64,000 nucleotides of DNA. It comes from an uncultured Nitrososphaeraceae archaeon (GTDB lineage Archaea > Thermoproteota > Nitrososphaeria > Nitrososphaerales > Nitrososphaeraceae). The notes beneath the pieces are model-generated. The model was not told the DNA's origin. It saw only the letters and a list, made by a program, of their open reading frames with translations, and did no database searches. How positions within the stretch are numbered: the stretch's first letter is position 1; the number at the start of each line of letters is the position of its first letter. The position numbers and the translations under genes are program-made. This document shows positions 33,998 through 45,074 of the stretch, one piece after another. Location: the NCBI GenBank assembly GCA_963729045.1, contig CAVSMN010000011.1, positions 64,001-128,000 of the forward strand. Reading direction: 5' to 3'.

Positions 33998-35399
33998 AAA
34001 TATTATAGATAAGAAAGCGTATTAATTTCTATACATATTTTAAATATGATTTAATTTATTATTTTTGTATAAACACAACATCTTCACGTGTGGTACCATT
34101 TTTTCTCAATTGACAATTAGGGAATCAGTGCATCAAGTACCTAAATTTAATTTATTATTGGAGAGACGGCTTGTTCTTTTATAAGATATTTAGATCAACT
34201 AGGTATCTCAAAATCCTTATCAAATATTTGCAAAGGTGAATGCAATAAAAATAATGCAAATCTAATTGCACTAATTCTGTCAGATAAGTTTTCATAAAAA
34301 TCAATGAAAATGGAATAAGGAATTAAATGGAGGTGATCTGTTTGATTTTGGGCCACCATAATTGAGGGAATTGAGTCCTAATAAACAATAATCCCGTGGA
34401 TTCACTTTGGGCTTTATTTGACTGAAAATTAGACTGGTAGTATCATTAAACTAACAACTAATTTGGGATGATAATGCTGTACCATAGAGACAATTAAGAA
34501 TACAGATGCACAAATTTATCGAATTGAACCTGGCGTATCATTAGTACGCAGCAAAATAATTTCTTACAAATAGAAAATTAATTGGTACTATTTGTTGTCT
34601 GTTTCTTTTTGGGTTGTTTAAATATGTTCATTATCTTGTCTATTATTGAGTTATTAGTTTTTGTCATTTGCTACTTGTATATATAGGATGGATGTTTGTC
34701 TTAAACCTTCTTATGACTTTTGACCGGCACGTTGATGTTTTCTGGATAATGAGTAAAACAGTTACTATTACTATTTCTAGTTAGAGTAAATATTTCCCTA
34801 TAGTAAACGAATTTAACATCTGATAAAATGTGTAAATGAAGTAACTTTTGATGAGGTCAAAACTAAAACGGCTGGTTAAATACAGATGGTGCTTTTAAGT
34901 ATTAGTGAATATAGCGATTGAGTGTTCAGAAATGAATGCAGAGTAATGCTGCTGTTTGATTTTCGAGACGATAAATGAGGGAATGTCGTGCTTCTAGATA
35001 GATTTTGGAACAAACTGAATCCATTGATTTGCTTCTTTCAAATTCATGTCAAATTCAGAGAATGAATTTCAGATAGTAAAATATTTGTACATCCGCAAAG
35101 GCATTAAAGCTACCCTTCTACTAAAGGATGGTTGAGTGTTAGTTAGATTCGTTGTTCGTTTGGAAATAATTTTGTTTTATTTGGTGAAGCAAGAAAATTA
35201 ACCTTTTTACAATCAAAACAATAATACTGAACTCAAATGACCATATTGTTTTAGCAAATCGATTATGAAATTCCCATCACATCACACCACAAAACTACTG
35301 CACAAAAACCAGATAATTATTCTAGAAAAAAATTAACTATCAATCATAGTATAGCATTGTATTAAACCTAATTATACACATATTTTCACATAGTGAGTT

Positions 35400-35759
35400 A
35401 TGGCGATTACCTTGTCATCTACATCAACCACAAGTACACTTATGGAAGAAGATGAAATGAGGTTCCGTTTAGAGAAAATAGAAGAATGTAACCTGCTCCT
35501 TAGAAGATTAGATGGAGGAATATACTACATTAAATGGGATGGAATCTTACCATTAACAAAATATTCAGCAAAGTCAAATATACAAAAAAAATTAGAAATT
35601 AGAATTGAATCAGATATTGAATATGGAAGGTTCATTTATCTAAGAAAACCATACATTACCAAAAAAATAAGGATATGTGGAAGGGACTCATCTTGTTTAA
35701 GATCTTGGAAAACTGAACAATTAACCGAATTATTGTCAAAGCTTTCATTTCTAAAATGA
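35400..35759 (+). CDS. hypothetical protein
   Basis: 119-aa ORF, no recognised motif. Confidence 0.45.
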   Translation: MAITLSSTSTTSTLMEEDEMRFRLEKIEECNLLLRRLDGGIYYIKWDGILPLTKYSAKSNIQKKLEIRIESDIEYGRFIYLRKPYITKKIRICGRDSSCLRSWKTEQLTELLSKLSFLK

Positions 35760-36144
35760 GATAAGATAGTTAGAATCTCAATGTGTTTTTACTGATAGCT
35801 ACTTACACATTTCCCCAAGCCTCTTCTCAACTTTATTGGAAAAATCAAGTTCTTTAAAATTCTTAACTAGTTGAAATCATTTTCTTGATTCCTATTGGAC
35901 CTTGAAGAATTGCTCAGGGAATTCGTAGATTTGCTTTCCAACAAGTTTGCATTCAATAAACCAATAAAAAATTGACATACTGGGAAAAATTATTTGAAGC
36001 TATGAATTTATTTGAAATTATCCAACTACGAAAGATGACAAAAACCTGCACATAATAGATATTTCCATTCATTAACATCTATGCATACTATAGAATCAAT
36101 TTAGAATAGGTCATCAAAGGCTTACAATTCAGCAGCGTTTAATT

Positions 36145-36200
36145 AAAAACAAAATTAACTAACTAAAACAAAAACAAAACTAAAACAAAAACAAAAAAAA
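36145..36200 (-). terminator. oligo-T terminator tract after amoC
   Basis: Repeated T4-T8 runs immediately after the amoC stop. Confidence 0.6.
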
Positions 36201-36202
36201 GA

Positions 36203-36766
36203 TTATGGAACTGATCTGCTGTAGAGTTTTCCTTCTAATGCTAGTTTGTACATTTCTGCTACATAGGGGTTCCTTGCAGGAGTTTCAGCGCCAAGTTCTA
36301 CCAAACGTGCGTATACCCTAACTACATAGGCCAAAGCACCCATGAAAGCTACTACTACACCCATGTTAAACATCCAGTGGTTAGGTACTGAAAATATTTC
36401 TTCAACAAACCAAAAGTGCCACATTTCATTGATACCAATTGTGAACATGGTAGCTAAATAACCGATAATGGTTATCTTTAGACCAGTATTCATTGAATTG
36501 TTTGGTCCTCTTAATGCTGGTACTCTCCTGTCATACATCGCAACAAATCCCCAACCTAGTGGGAGTGCAATAAAGTGACTGTATAACCACCAATGAGCTG
36601 GTGTAAATGCACTGTCTCTGATGGCTGTTTGGTGCAATAATCCATCAACAAAGTTGTCTACTTCTACTGATGCAGCAATAGACCCTAGCATAATGACCAT
36701 TATATAGATCTTTTTTAGCCTCTGGATTTCTACTTCCTTTGGAATTAATGCAGGCATTTGTGCCAT
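36203..36766 (-). CDS. amoC: archaeal ammonia monooxygenase subunit C (stand-alone copy)
   Basis: MAQMPALIPKEVEIQRLKK, EVDNFVDG.LHQ..IRDSAFTPAHWW, NEMWHFWFVEE.F..PNHW. Confidence 0.98.
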   Translation of the reverse strand: MAQMPALIPKEVEIQRLKKIYIMVIMLGSIAASVEVDNFVDGLLHQTAIRDSAFTPAHWWLYSHFIALPLGWGFVAMYDRRVPALRGPNNSMNTGLKITIIGYLATMFTIGINEMWHFWFVEEIFSVPNHWMFNMGVVVAFMGALAYVVRVYARLVELGAETPARNPYVAEMYKLALEGKLYSRSVP

Positions 36767-36973
36767 TTTACTATCACCATGTCTTCGTTGATTAAATATA
36801 TAAGATGTGAACTAAAATATTTATAAATAATACTAGAAATTGATGGAATATTATTAAATTATTAGATGAATGTTTAATTAATTAACTAAATTTCTGATGT
36901 TTTGTCAATGTTGTCAAGCTTATCGTCGATGATTATCATCGATGATTGATTTTGATATGCAAAAAAAAGAAGA

Positions 36974-37606
36974 TTATGTAATAGTTATATTCTTATTAAG
37001 ATCAAAAGACTTGCCAGAATTCTCGTCCGTAATCTTATAAATTATTATATAATCTCCAGTGGGGAACGGTACAGATTGTGTCACAGTAAATGGTATGAAA
37101 ACCTCCTTATTCTGATTATGTGATATTATATTTCCGATTGGCACGTTCTCCTGACCACCGAGAATGGTACCATTAGAACTTGTTATGAGAAAACTAGCAC
37201 CAAAGTCGATGGAGAAAAGCGGAGTTCCATCTTCATCCGTAATATTATTATATTCAAAACCAACTGGTTCAATATATAAAATTATTGATTCTCCAGGAGA
37301 ATAAGAAGTAGAATTCTTTTCCTCATAAATTCCAAAGCCACTAGGTTCTGCTGTCACGAATAAATCCTTATTTGAGTAAAAGCCACTCGTACTATTGGTG
37401 TCACCTGTACTATTGGTGTCACCTGTACTATTGGTGTCACCTGTACTATTGGTGTCACTTATTCCCTGAGCATTGGCTTGTCCATAATTGAATCCATTCA
37501 ATGAACTTCCCATGACTGCAAAGATCAAAAGTGCGAATAAAAATACAATTTTCGATGATTTATTTTTCATACTACAGTTCTTTAATTTTTGATAATTTAT
37601 TAACAT
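36974..37606 (-). CDS. secreted protein with DTNSTG repeats
   Basis: Signal peptide ending ANA-Q; Ig-like C-terminal domain. Confidence 0.75.
   Translation of the reverse strand: MLINYQKLKNCSMKNKSSKIVFLFALLIFAVMGSSLNGFNYGQANAQGISDTNSTGDTNSTGDTNSTGDTNSTSGFYSNKDLFVTAEPSGFGIYEEKNSTSYSPGESIILYIEPVGFEYNNITDEDGTPLFSIDFGASFLITSSNGTILGGQENVPIGNIISHNQNKEVFIPFTVTQSVPFPTGDYIIIYKITDENSGKSFDLNKNITIT
37389..37458. repeat. 18-bp coding tandem repeat x3.9
   Basis: GTACTATTGGTGTCACCT units encoding (G)DTNST; each carries an N-S-T sequon. Confidence 0.95.
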
Positions 37607-37669
37607 AGCTGTGTAGTGAATTGCAATTTTTGAATTAATTTAATAAATAATATTGGCAAAAGTAAATGG

Positions 37670-38101
37670 ATGATAAGTCTATTAGAATACCTCCCGATAA
37701 TAACGTCGGGACTTTTGTTTCTAGCCATCCTCACCTTAGTTGCAAATAGAAAAAATTTGAGATTACAGAGCGAATATCAAATATATGCAAGAATGATAGA
37801 GGCAAGATTGAAACTAGAGACTTCAGAGCCTTTTATCAAAATGGCAAGAGAAAGTCCATTCTATGCAGACAGATTTGCTCTTGTAGATAGTCCTGACCAA
37901 TTCTACATGCTTAGAGCCTTCATAGACTTGTATGAATTCATTTATAGACTTCACAAGACACATGTTATTGATGATCAACTTTGGCTGAGGTGGATGTCGT
38001 CTGCGAAAGCCATGAAATCAATTCCTAAATTCTTGAATGTGTGGGAAAAAACTAAGTCAGTCCATTCGCCTGAATTCGTTAAATTCATTGATTCATTATA
38101 G
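37670..38101 (+). CDS. membrane-anchored hypothetical protein
   Basis: N-terminal TM helix, helical body ending FVKFIDSL. Confidence 0.7.
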   Translation: MISLLEYLPIITSGLLFLAILTLVANRKNLRLQSEYQIYARMIEARLKLETSEPFIKMARESPFYADRFALVDSPDQFYMLRAFIDLYEFIYRLHKTHVIDDQLWLRWMSSAKAMKSIPKFLNVWEKTKSVHSPEFVKFIDSL

Positions 38102-38265
38102 CCAAGGCAAACCTAGGTATCCTTCTATGAAGGAATTTTGATGTTTTTTCATGCTTGTATTTATTACGAAATAAACATAACAATCATCAATTACAAAGCC
38201 AATGTCCTTTCTTATTAGAAAATTACGGAAAATCGATATATTTTTTTAAAATATACATAATGTAA

Positions 38266-39307
38266 ATGGCAATACAACACAAGAAAATCTTATCAATTGC
38301 AATACTAGCATCTTTACTAGTTTTTAGCTTCACCGTTTCATCTTCAACGGCTATTTCCTTTGCACAAAGGGATGGAAGTAGCGGCGGAGGAAACCAAGCT
38401 GCAGCTCAAAATAGTCAAGATGGGAATAATGACTCAGAAAGTGGAGTAAGTCAATCAAGCTCCAGTTCTCAAAGCTCTGAATGTTTATCTGAAGGAAGTA
38501 CAGTAGGAAGCTGCAACAACATAAGTGTGCAAGCTAACCAAAATGGAAATGACGAGGAAGAAGCAGCAAAGAAAGCAACAGTAACTCCAGAAAGTGAATC
38601 ACCACCTGCTGCCCAAGCTACTGCAGAGCCAGTAAGCGCTTCTGTATCTTGCGGAGAAGTAATCAAACAAAGCGTCAAATTGACTTCCAATCTTGATTGT
38701 AAGACCGATGGTATAATCATTGGAGCAGACGGAATCACAGTTGACTTAAATGGTCACACGATTACTGGCCCTGGTGTATCAACCTCCAAAGTCGGATTCA
38801 TGTTGAGCGACCAAGACAATGTTAACATCGTAGGCCCAGGCATAGTCGAAAACTTCCAAGCAGGTGTACTAAATACAGGCGGACAGGACGACAAAATATC
38901 TGCTGTAACATTTACCGAAAATCAAATAGGATCATTTAACACGGGCGCAGCAAGAACTACAATAGAAGACAACCTGTTCTTTAGTAACAACATCGGTGTA
39001 GCATCTCATTCCTCAACAGGATACACATTTGATTACAAACCTGTTCAAGTCAAATGACCTTGCTGGAGCAACATTCGTAAACTCTGCAGCAAACGAGGTT
39101 TCATTTAACACCATCCAAGGTTCAGTAAGTGGATTATTCTTCGACGGACAAAGTAGCGACAACACAGTCAATGCAAATAACATCTTGGACAATAAAGGCG
39201 TAGATATCAATAATGCAAACGGCCTCCCATTGAATGTGAACAACAACCTATTCAACGACAACAACTGCAATTCATCCGTCCCAGTTGGCCTCTGTCTAGG
39301 TAAATAA
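38266..39307 (+). CDS. secreted right-handed parallel beta-helix protein with N-terminal Q/N/S module (frameshift near 39025)
   Basis: Signal peptide; SQSSECLSEG...SCNN; SCGEVI...LTSNLDC..DGIIIGADGITVDLNGHTI; Asn-ladder repeats continue in 39029-39307. Confidence 0.8.
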
Positions 39308-39465
39308 AACCACCTTTTTTTTATTTTAAATCTTAAATCTTGATTTAGTTTATAATTTTCTTCTTTATTTATCTAACACCTTTTAAAAAAATACACAACG
39401 TAATTATCGAATAGTTGGGTCAAAGGATATACTGCTGGCGGTTTTTATCTTTTGCATATTTTAAC

Positions 39466-39846
39466 CTACAAATCGTCTTCGACAAATAATACATATAGTT
39501 GATCTAAGAGTATTGCGGACCTTAAATCAAAATTAGAAATTGAATTGTTTAAAGCCCACGTGTTCAATTCTATGGTAACTTTGTCCCAATCAATATGAAT
39601 AATTGGGTGATGATTTAGCATTTGAACCAATTCGTTAACTAAATATGAAAATTTGACTGATTTAGGGAAGTTGTCAAATGAAAAAACTTTTGATAAGCTT
39701 TGGGTTTTTCCAGTAGTATCAACAAACATATTCCACCCATTAGACTTTGTTAGATAGTCTATGATAGTATCATTTTCAACAGCATAATACTTATTTGTCG
39801 AATTATTATATCTCGTACTAAATTTTGTTCTAAAATTTCCCCTGCG
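39466..39846 (-). CDS. pterin-4a-carbinolamine dehydratase-like domain (possibly the C-terminus of the upstream gene)
   Basis: GW...LSKVFSFDNF...NHHP.I.I.W.KV.I.L.T...I...D pattern; frame open upstream of ATG 39729 to about 39846. Confidence 0.7.
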   Translation of the reverse strand, partial: RRGNFRTKFSTRYNNSTNKYYAVENDTIIDYLTKSNGWNMFVDTTGKTQSLSKVFSFDNFPKSVKFSYLVNELVQMLNHHPIIHIDWDKVTIELNTWALNNSISNFDLRSAILLDQLYVLFVEDDL

Positions 39847-39894
39847 CTAATATTTGTGTTTATTGCTCCTTCGCTGGCGTAAGAGAAACTTTTA

Positions 39895-40743
39895 TCAGGG
39901 ATAGATAGAATGAGAAGGAAGTACCAACAAGTCATAGCGAGTTTCATAATCCCATCCGATTGGAAGTCCAAATGGTATACTCATATTAGTAACGTCATCA
40001 TGCTCTTTAGAGCGGTTTGAAAAACCGCCTTCGAAGGTGATGGTGTGTATTCCGATTGTCAATGGTTTCAGAAAAACCCAATTACCATCAGAAATGGCAG
40101 TAGTTGTTTCACCTTTCATCAAATTCAAGATGTTATTTTCAGGCAGTGAAAAATTGAACGGAGGAGATTGAATTCGGTATTCATCTAATTTCAACAGAGG
40201 CTGATCATCTAATGTTGCATTCAAGAAATCAACATGATTCTGAATGGGTTTCGCACATTTCATTAAACCATCCTTGCTTTTTATCAATGGATATTCGATG
40301 TAAGAACATTCAGAATTAAGTATAGGAAACAGAAGTCCAACATTGTCAGGTATTACGCACGATCTATTTGCCGAATGATTAAAAGTTCCAGATAAAAACC
40401 AGACTGGTCCATATTGACTATTGTTGCAATTGATTCCATATTCATTCGAACGCTGGGTTTTCACTAATAGGGATTGAATATGTCCACTTCCACCATTCAG
40501 CGGTCCAACCTCCGTATGATTTTCCAAATATAAGAGATTTATAATAATACATAAGATCGAATGTTGAAAGATTATTATGGGAATCATAATTATGTTCCTT
40601 ACCATAAGTACTTTCTAGACAGAGACCAAGGAGAACAACTAACTCAGAATGAGAATTATGGTGGCTAAAAACGGTAATAGAAGAATTGTCACAGTACAGA
40701 AGTGGTCATATGAACTAAATCTAAAAGTGAAAATAGTTGTCAT
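39895..40743 (-). CDS. secreted hypothetical protein (WTAEWWKW / GPVWFL family; frameshifted)
   Basis: FGKSYGGWTAEWWKWTYSIP in one frame; CNNSQYGPVWFLSGT...FPILNSECS...DGNWVFLKPL in the next. Confidence 0.7.
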
Positions 40744-41020
40744 GGTGATATCGCTAAATTAGCATTATATAAATATGATTTTGTGGTCTAGAGACATTTA
40801 TGAAAATGAAAATACTAAAGATTCCAATAGTTCCAACTCTGAAACCTTACTATATCGAATCAATAACAGCTGGAAAGTTCTACCGATCAAGTTTGATGGA
40901 TTCACACAATATAATATGATAAGGTTTGATATCCTTAAAAATTTATAAATTGTACTTTTTCTCATTGATTGATATCTATGATTCGATAAATTATTATACA
41001 AATTATGTATTTAAAAAGGG

Positions 41021-41410
41021 ATGAGCGGCATTGACACTATCGTAAAGAAATTTGATGAATTTGAAAATTCAATGGGAGAAGGACTACCCAAGGTAGACCA
41101 GAGATTGGTTATTGATATGCTACATCGATTGAAGAGGGATGACTCACCAATGTATACGATTGAAATATTTCTTAAAGAAAAACCAAATACCGATGAAATA
41201 AGGTCCATTATTGAAGAAGGTTTGGGAGTAATGCCTGCATTTTACGATCATGGAACTCACATAGTAGTAGCACATCGATTCAACTTACAGATGCTTGAAT
41301 TTATTTCGAATAGTTTGAATGTTGAGAAGATAAGGGGAACATTTACAGGAGCAGGCAGAGGGGCTTCTATAGGTCCCGTATTTGAAAGAGACGATAGACC
41401 AGATTATTAG
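41021..41410 (+). CDS. hypothetical protein
   Basis: 129-aa ORF with upstream TTATTATA box. Confidence 0.7.
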   Translation: MSGIDTIVKKFDEFENSMGEGLPKVDQRLVIDMLHRLKRDDSPMYTIEIFLKEKPNTDEIRSIIEEGLGVMPAFYDHGTHIVVAHRFNLQMLEFISNSLNVEKIRGTFTGAGRGASIGPVFERDDRPDY

Positions 41411-42126
41411 TTTAAAGAACAGACAAGAAAAAGAGAAAACCAAAATCAATTGGAGGAGAACATGTTCTTTATTTTTGGTTTTTTACATATTAAACTATGC
41501 TAGTTTTTGAACACTCATTTTCATTGTTTTTTGATAAGCAGGTATTTAAGTGATAGTAAACGATGTGATAGATTAAAGTCAGTAAAGTTGTAATGTTGAT
41601 ATTTAATACCAACAAAAGGAGCCTTCAAGTGGATGATGGCTGATCAAACCCGATATTCTTTTCTTCTCCATCCGAATATTTTGAAAATAATATCAAGTAA
41701 TGGTTCTCAATATTTTTCGTGAGATCATCTTGTTCTCATTTTGAAAATCTTCTGTAATATGATATTTTTTCAATGATTAGGATATCATAATAAAATACTA
41801 TGTCGATCTTGTATTAAATTGAGAGAAAAAATAGAAATGGACCTTGAATATATCAATGCCAAATCTAAGTAAAAAATAGATTATCTGAAAGAGATATTAA
41901 AAACCAGAGTAGCAATTCAGGTGAATAAAAACCCCTACTATCATACTAGAAATGAGTATCATTGATTCTAATTTAGACATTTACTAATTTGCAGGTCTTC
42001 TCCCTTCCCGAAGGATATTGATACTCCTAATAATCAAAGAGATAAATTGAAAGCTGTTTGTGGTCTATTTTCTGCTTGAAGTAAATTGACTTTAATATCA
42101 GACCATTATATTTAATTTGAGCATTT

Positions 42127-43050
42127 ATGGATAATGAACATATTTTTTATTTGCTGGGATCAAAATTTCCTGAATTGGATTCTATCTTAATAGGGTGTCA
42201 TGCCGATAATGGAATAATCCCCCATGAATGTTGCGAATATGATCTTATATCATTGTATGATAATAATACACAATTTCATCACGATTTGGCATCTAAGCAG
42301 AAATCTAATATGTTATACAATAATAACAGGGTTTATGAGGTTTTAATTTTATCTGTACAAGAATTTATCAAAAATCCCAATATCAATTATTCCAAGTTTG
42401 TTAGGTTTCCGGGTCAAGCTTTGAAATCCAATATTGTTGACTACTTTATAGAGAAATGTGATAACTATCATAAATCGTTCAACTTCAAGATGAAAACTAA
42501 TATTATCAAAAATATTTGCGAAATCACAAATTTGCATAATTTACTTTCTAGGGAAATTGTAGATGAAAGATTCATTTCATTCCAATTAAAAATGGTTTCA
42601 CTTAAAACCCTAAAGATTCTTATTCAGTTTTACCTGAATTCAGAAGATAGACCATCTCATCTTAAATATCAGATAAACCTTGTTAAGCAAAACGAGAATT
42701 TGAAAACCAGGGAACAGGTCGATCTTCTATTAGAATATATTGGAACTAATCGAGCAAACATATCATCTTTGACCAGAAGTGAAAAATCATTAAGGTTTCT
42801 GATTAGATGTGAAGACATCTCAAAGAATAGTATACTGTTTAATAAGTTAGATTTTTTTAAGCAAAAATCAATGTACGTGGATGGCGTTCTACTAATTAGT
42901 AATTTTATTCTAGATCGCGTACATGACAATCAATTCATTCAAAAATACAACAAGCTATTAAATCACATTACTGACATCCAAACTAAAGAAAAAATAACGA
43001 TGTTAAAGGAAGTAAACTTACTATTAGAAATTAATAAAAATCTAATCTAA
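42127..43050 (+). CDS. conserved hypothetical protein (degenerate nucleotidyltransferase-like N-terminus)
   Basis: 307-aa ORF; LIGCHA...CCEYDL. Confidence 0.65.
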   Translation: MDNEHIFYLLGSKFPELDSILIGCHADNGIIPHECCEYDLISLYDNNTQFHHDLASKQKSNMLYNNNRVYEVLILSVQEFIKNPNINYSKFVRFPGQALKSNIVDYFIEKCDNYHKSFNFKMKTNIIKNICEITNLHNLLSREIVDERFISFQLKMVSLKTLKILIQFYLNSEDRPSHLKYQINLVKQNENLKTREQVDLLLEYIGTNRANISSLTRSEKSLRFLIRCEDISKNSILFNKLDFFKQKSMYVDGVLLISNFILDRVHDNQFIQKYNKLLNHITDIQTKEKITMLKEVNLLLEINKNLI

Positions 43051-43055
43051 AGTAA

Positions 43056-43295
43056 TTATTGAATCACTATCGCTTGTTCTAGTGGTTCAACTGTTTTGTT
43101 TCTTGCCCTCAATTTTGCTTTATATTTTAAGTTTCTTGGTTTAGTTCTTAGCCTATATCCACAGCATGGACACCATAAACCATCCCATTTTATGAAAATT
43201 TCACAAATTTGACATCGCTTTTGACCGCTTGCGTAACGGCCCGATCCCACCGGCTTTTGAGCTTTATGTCTGATACAAATACCTTTACAAGTCAT
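43056..43295 (-). CDS. conserved Cys-rich thaumarchaeal protein
   Basis: MTCKGICIRHKA...KRCQICEIFIKW...CPCCGYRLR; paralog at 51799. Confidence 0.85.
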   Translation of the reverse strand: MTCKGICIRHKAQKPVGSGRYASGQKRCQICEIFIKWDGLWCPCCGYRLRTKPRNLKYKAKLRARNKTVEPLEQAIVIQ

Positions 43296-43389
43296 ACTTG
43301 AAAACCATATCAATGTCGGCGATCTAACTTATAAACTTATATAAGCTTCAATAGATATTTATAACTAAATAAAAAATGGAGTTGGTAGT

Positions 43390-43647
43390 CTAACTCGTCA
43401 CTGTTATATTCTTTGGTTGAAATAGCTCATGCATCGTCATGTATTCATCTAGTTTCATTCTAATGTCATCCTCTGTCGTGTCATCCATGCCAGAAAACCC
43501 TGCTTTAAAACTAATTTTATTTCCTGAAACGTTTACATCTGAAACCTCCATATCTGCATAAACATTCCCCATTTCATTAACCCATTCTTGTACTTCGTTT
43601 TTGTCAAATCCCTCTGCTTCTATATTCACATTAAACATCTTGGTCAC
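43390..43647 (-). CDS. conserved acidic hypothetical protein
   Basis: 85-aa ORF, GTG start. Confidence 0.75.
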   Translation of the reverse strand: MTKMFNVNIEAEGFDKNEVQEWVNEMGNVYADMEVSDVNVSGNKISFKAGFSGMDDTTEDDIRMKLDEYMTMHELFQPKNITVTS

Positions 43648-43726
43648 ATTATACCACTGCTTTTTTTTTATTTAGGATATTAATAAAGATGACGTAATTT
43701 AATGCCTTTAGGAGAATGATTTATCT

Positions 43727-43891
43727 TCATTTCTCTTCCTGGAATCCCCAATATTTCATCAAGTCTTTTGTAAACTTTGAGGCTTGTTCTTCACTCAGAG
43801 GGTCGCCGCAATTTTTGCAAGAAGGGACGACCTTCATACCGTATAATTTAAAATCCACATCATAAAAGTGAATTTTTGCGCAATTACACAT
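43727..43891 (-). CDS. 54-aa Zn-binding micro-protein (not in ORF track)
   Basis: MCNCAKIHFYDVDFKLYGMKVVPSCKNCGDPLSEEQASKFTKDLMKYWGFQEEK*. Confidence 0.75.
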   Translation of the reverse strand: MCNCAKIHFYDVDFKLYGMKVVPSCKNCGDPLSEEQASKFTKDLMKYWGFQEEK

Positions 43892-43993
43892 TTATAGGTT
43901 TATACATTTGATTTGCTAATTTATCTCTTCTTACTTCATCTATTGGATACTGAACATGTAGTAAACATTTAAAGAGCAAATAGCCATAATTAT

Positions 43994-45064
43994 ATGATAC
44001 AAATGAATAGAAAAAAAACGGTAAATAAAATAACAGTATTTTTTCTAATAGGTATGCTAGGGGCATCAGCTTTGCAAGTTAATCAACTAGTTGGTATGGC
44101 TTTTGCTCAATCAGAAAACTGGTATGTAGGCAAAGGTGTAAAGCCAGATACTTATTATACTTATGAAATTAAAAATGCGGATACTAATCAAGGACAGCCT
44201 TTTACAATTACTATTTATTTCAAAGAATATAATGAAACAGGAAAATATTGGGTAGCACCAACTTTTGTAGTTGATCAAGGTAAAGTAATCAATGGTACAA
44301 TGCACCTCAGTGATTTGGATCTTACTGCATTAGGATCTTCACCTATTCCTGATGATATGATCCCATATCGTAGTGCTTATGCAACAACATTAACATGGCT
44401 ATCAGCGTTTGTACCAAAGCCTGGGCAGTCATTGAGCTCGCCATCTTGGGGTAAAATAGCTGCAATAGGTGGGTCAGAGATAAAGCCATCAGGTGGTGCA
44501 AAAATTACAACCCCAGCAGGGGCATTTGATACGACTGACATATCTTACCACAAGGGTGTTGATAATCATATTTATCCAAATAAAGACATGCCTTATCCGG
44601 TAAAAGCGGATACATTTGCAGATGTTACAACCGGGAAACCACCAATACAATATGCCTATGAATTGAAAGCGACTGGAAAAGGCCAACCACCCACCCCAGA
44701 AAGCCAAATTGAAATTCCTGTACCACCATTGACTCTTCAGACACCCAGAGGAACCTATAATGTTCAGCTATTATGGGAACCAGTTGAAATAAAAGCAGGT
44801 AATAACACGGATTTTGGTGTAATATTTACCGATGATAAGAACAATATCGTCCAAAGAGTAACATATGGTTATAAAGTATTGGATGAGAATAAGACAGTTG
44901 TAGACGAATTCAAGAATCAAAGAGCAAATGAGGGGACCGGCCAATTTACATATAAATTTGACACACCAGGAGAGAAGTACCTCCAGATCGTAGTGGAAAC
45001 TGCAAATGGAGAGGATCTGGGAATGTTTGTTGAGTCTGCTACTTTTGGCCTCGTAGCTCAATAA
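43994..45064 (+). CDS. secreted conserved hypothetical protein
   Basis: Signal peptide ending AFA-Q; WYVGKG, WGKIAAIGG; Ig-like C-terminus. Confidence 0.8.
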   Translation: MIQMNRKKTVNKITVFFLIGMLGASALQVNQLVGMAFAQSENWYVGKGVKPDTYYTYEIKNADTNQGQPFTITIYFKEYNETGKYWVAPTFVVDQGKVINGTMHLSDLDLTALGSSPIPDDMIPYRSAYATTLTWLSAFVPKPGQSLSSPSWGKIAAIGGSEIKPSGGAKITTPAGAFDTTDISYHKGVDNHIYPNKDMPYPVKADTFADVTTGKPPIQYAYELKATGKGQPPTPESQIEIPVPPLTLQTPRGTYNVQLLWEPVEIKAGNNTDFGVIFTDDKNNIVQRVTYGYKVLDENKTVVDEFKNQRANEGTGQFTYKFDTPGEKYLQIVVETANGEDLGMFVESATFGLVAQ

Positions 45065-45074
45065 ACTAAATTTT

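Noticed and set aside
37389..37458. Possible CRISPR array
   Set aside because: Contiguous 18-bp in-frame tandem repeat with no spacers and no cas genes
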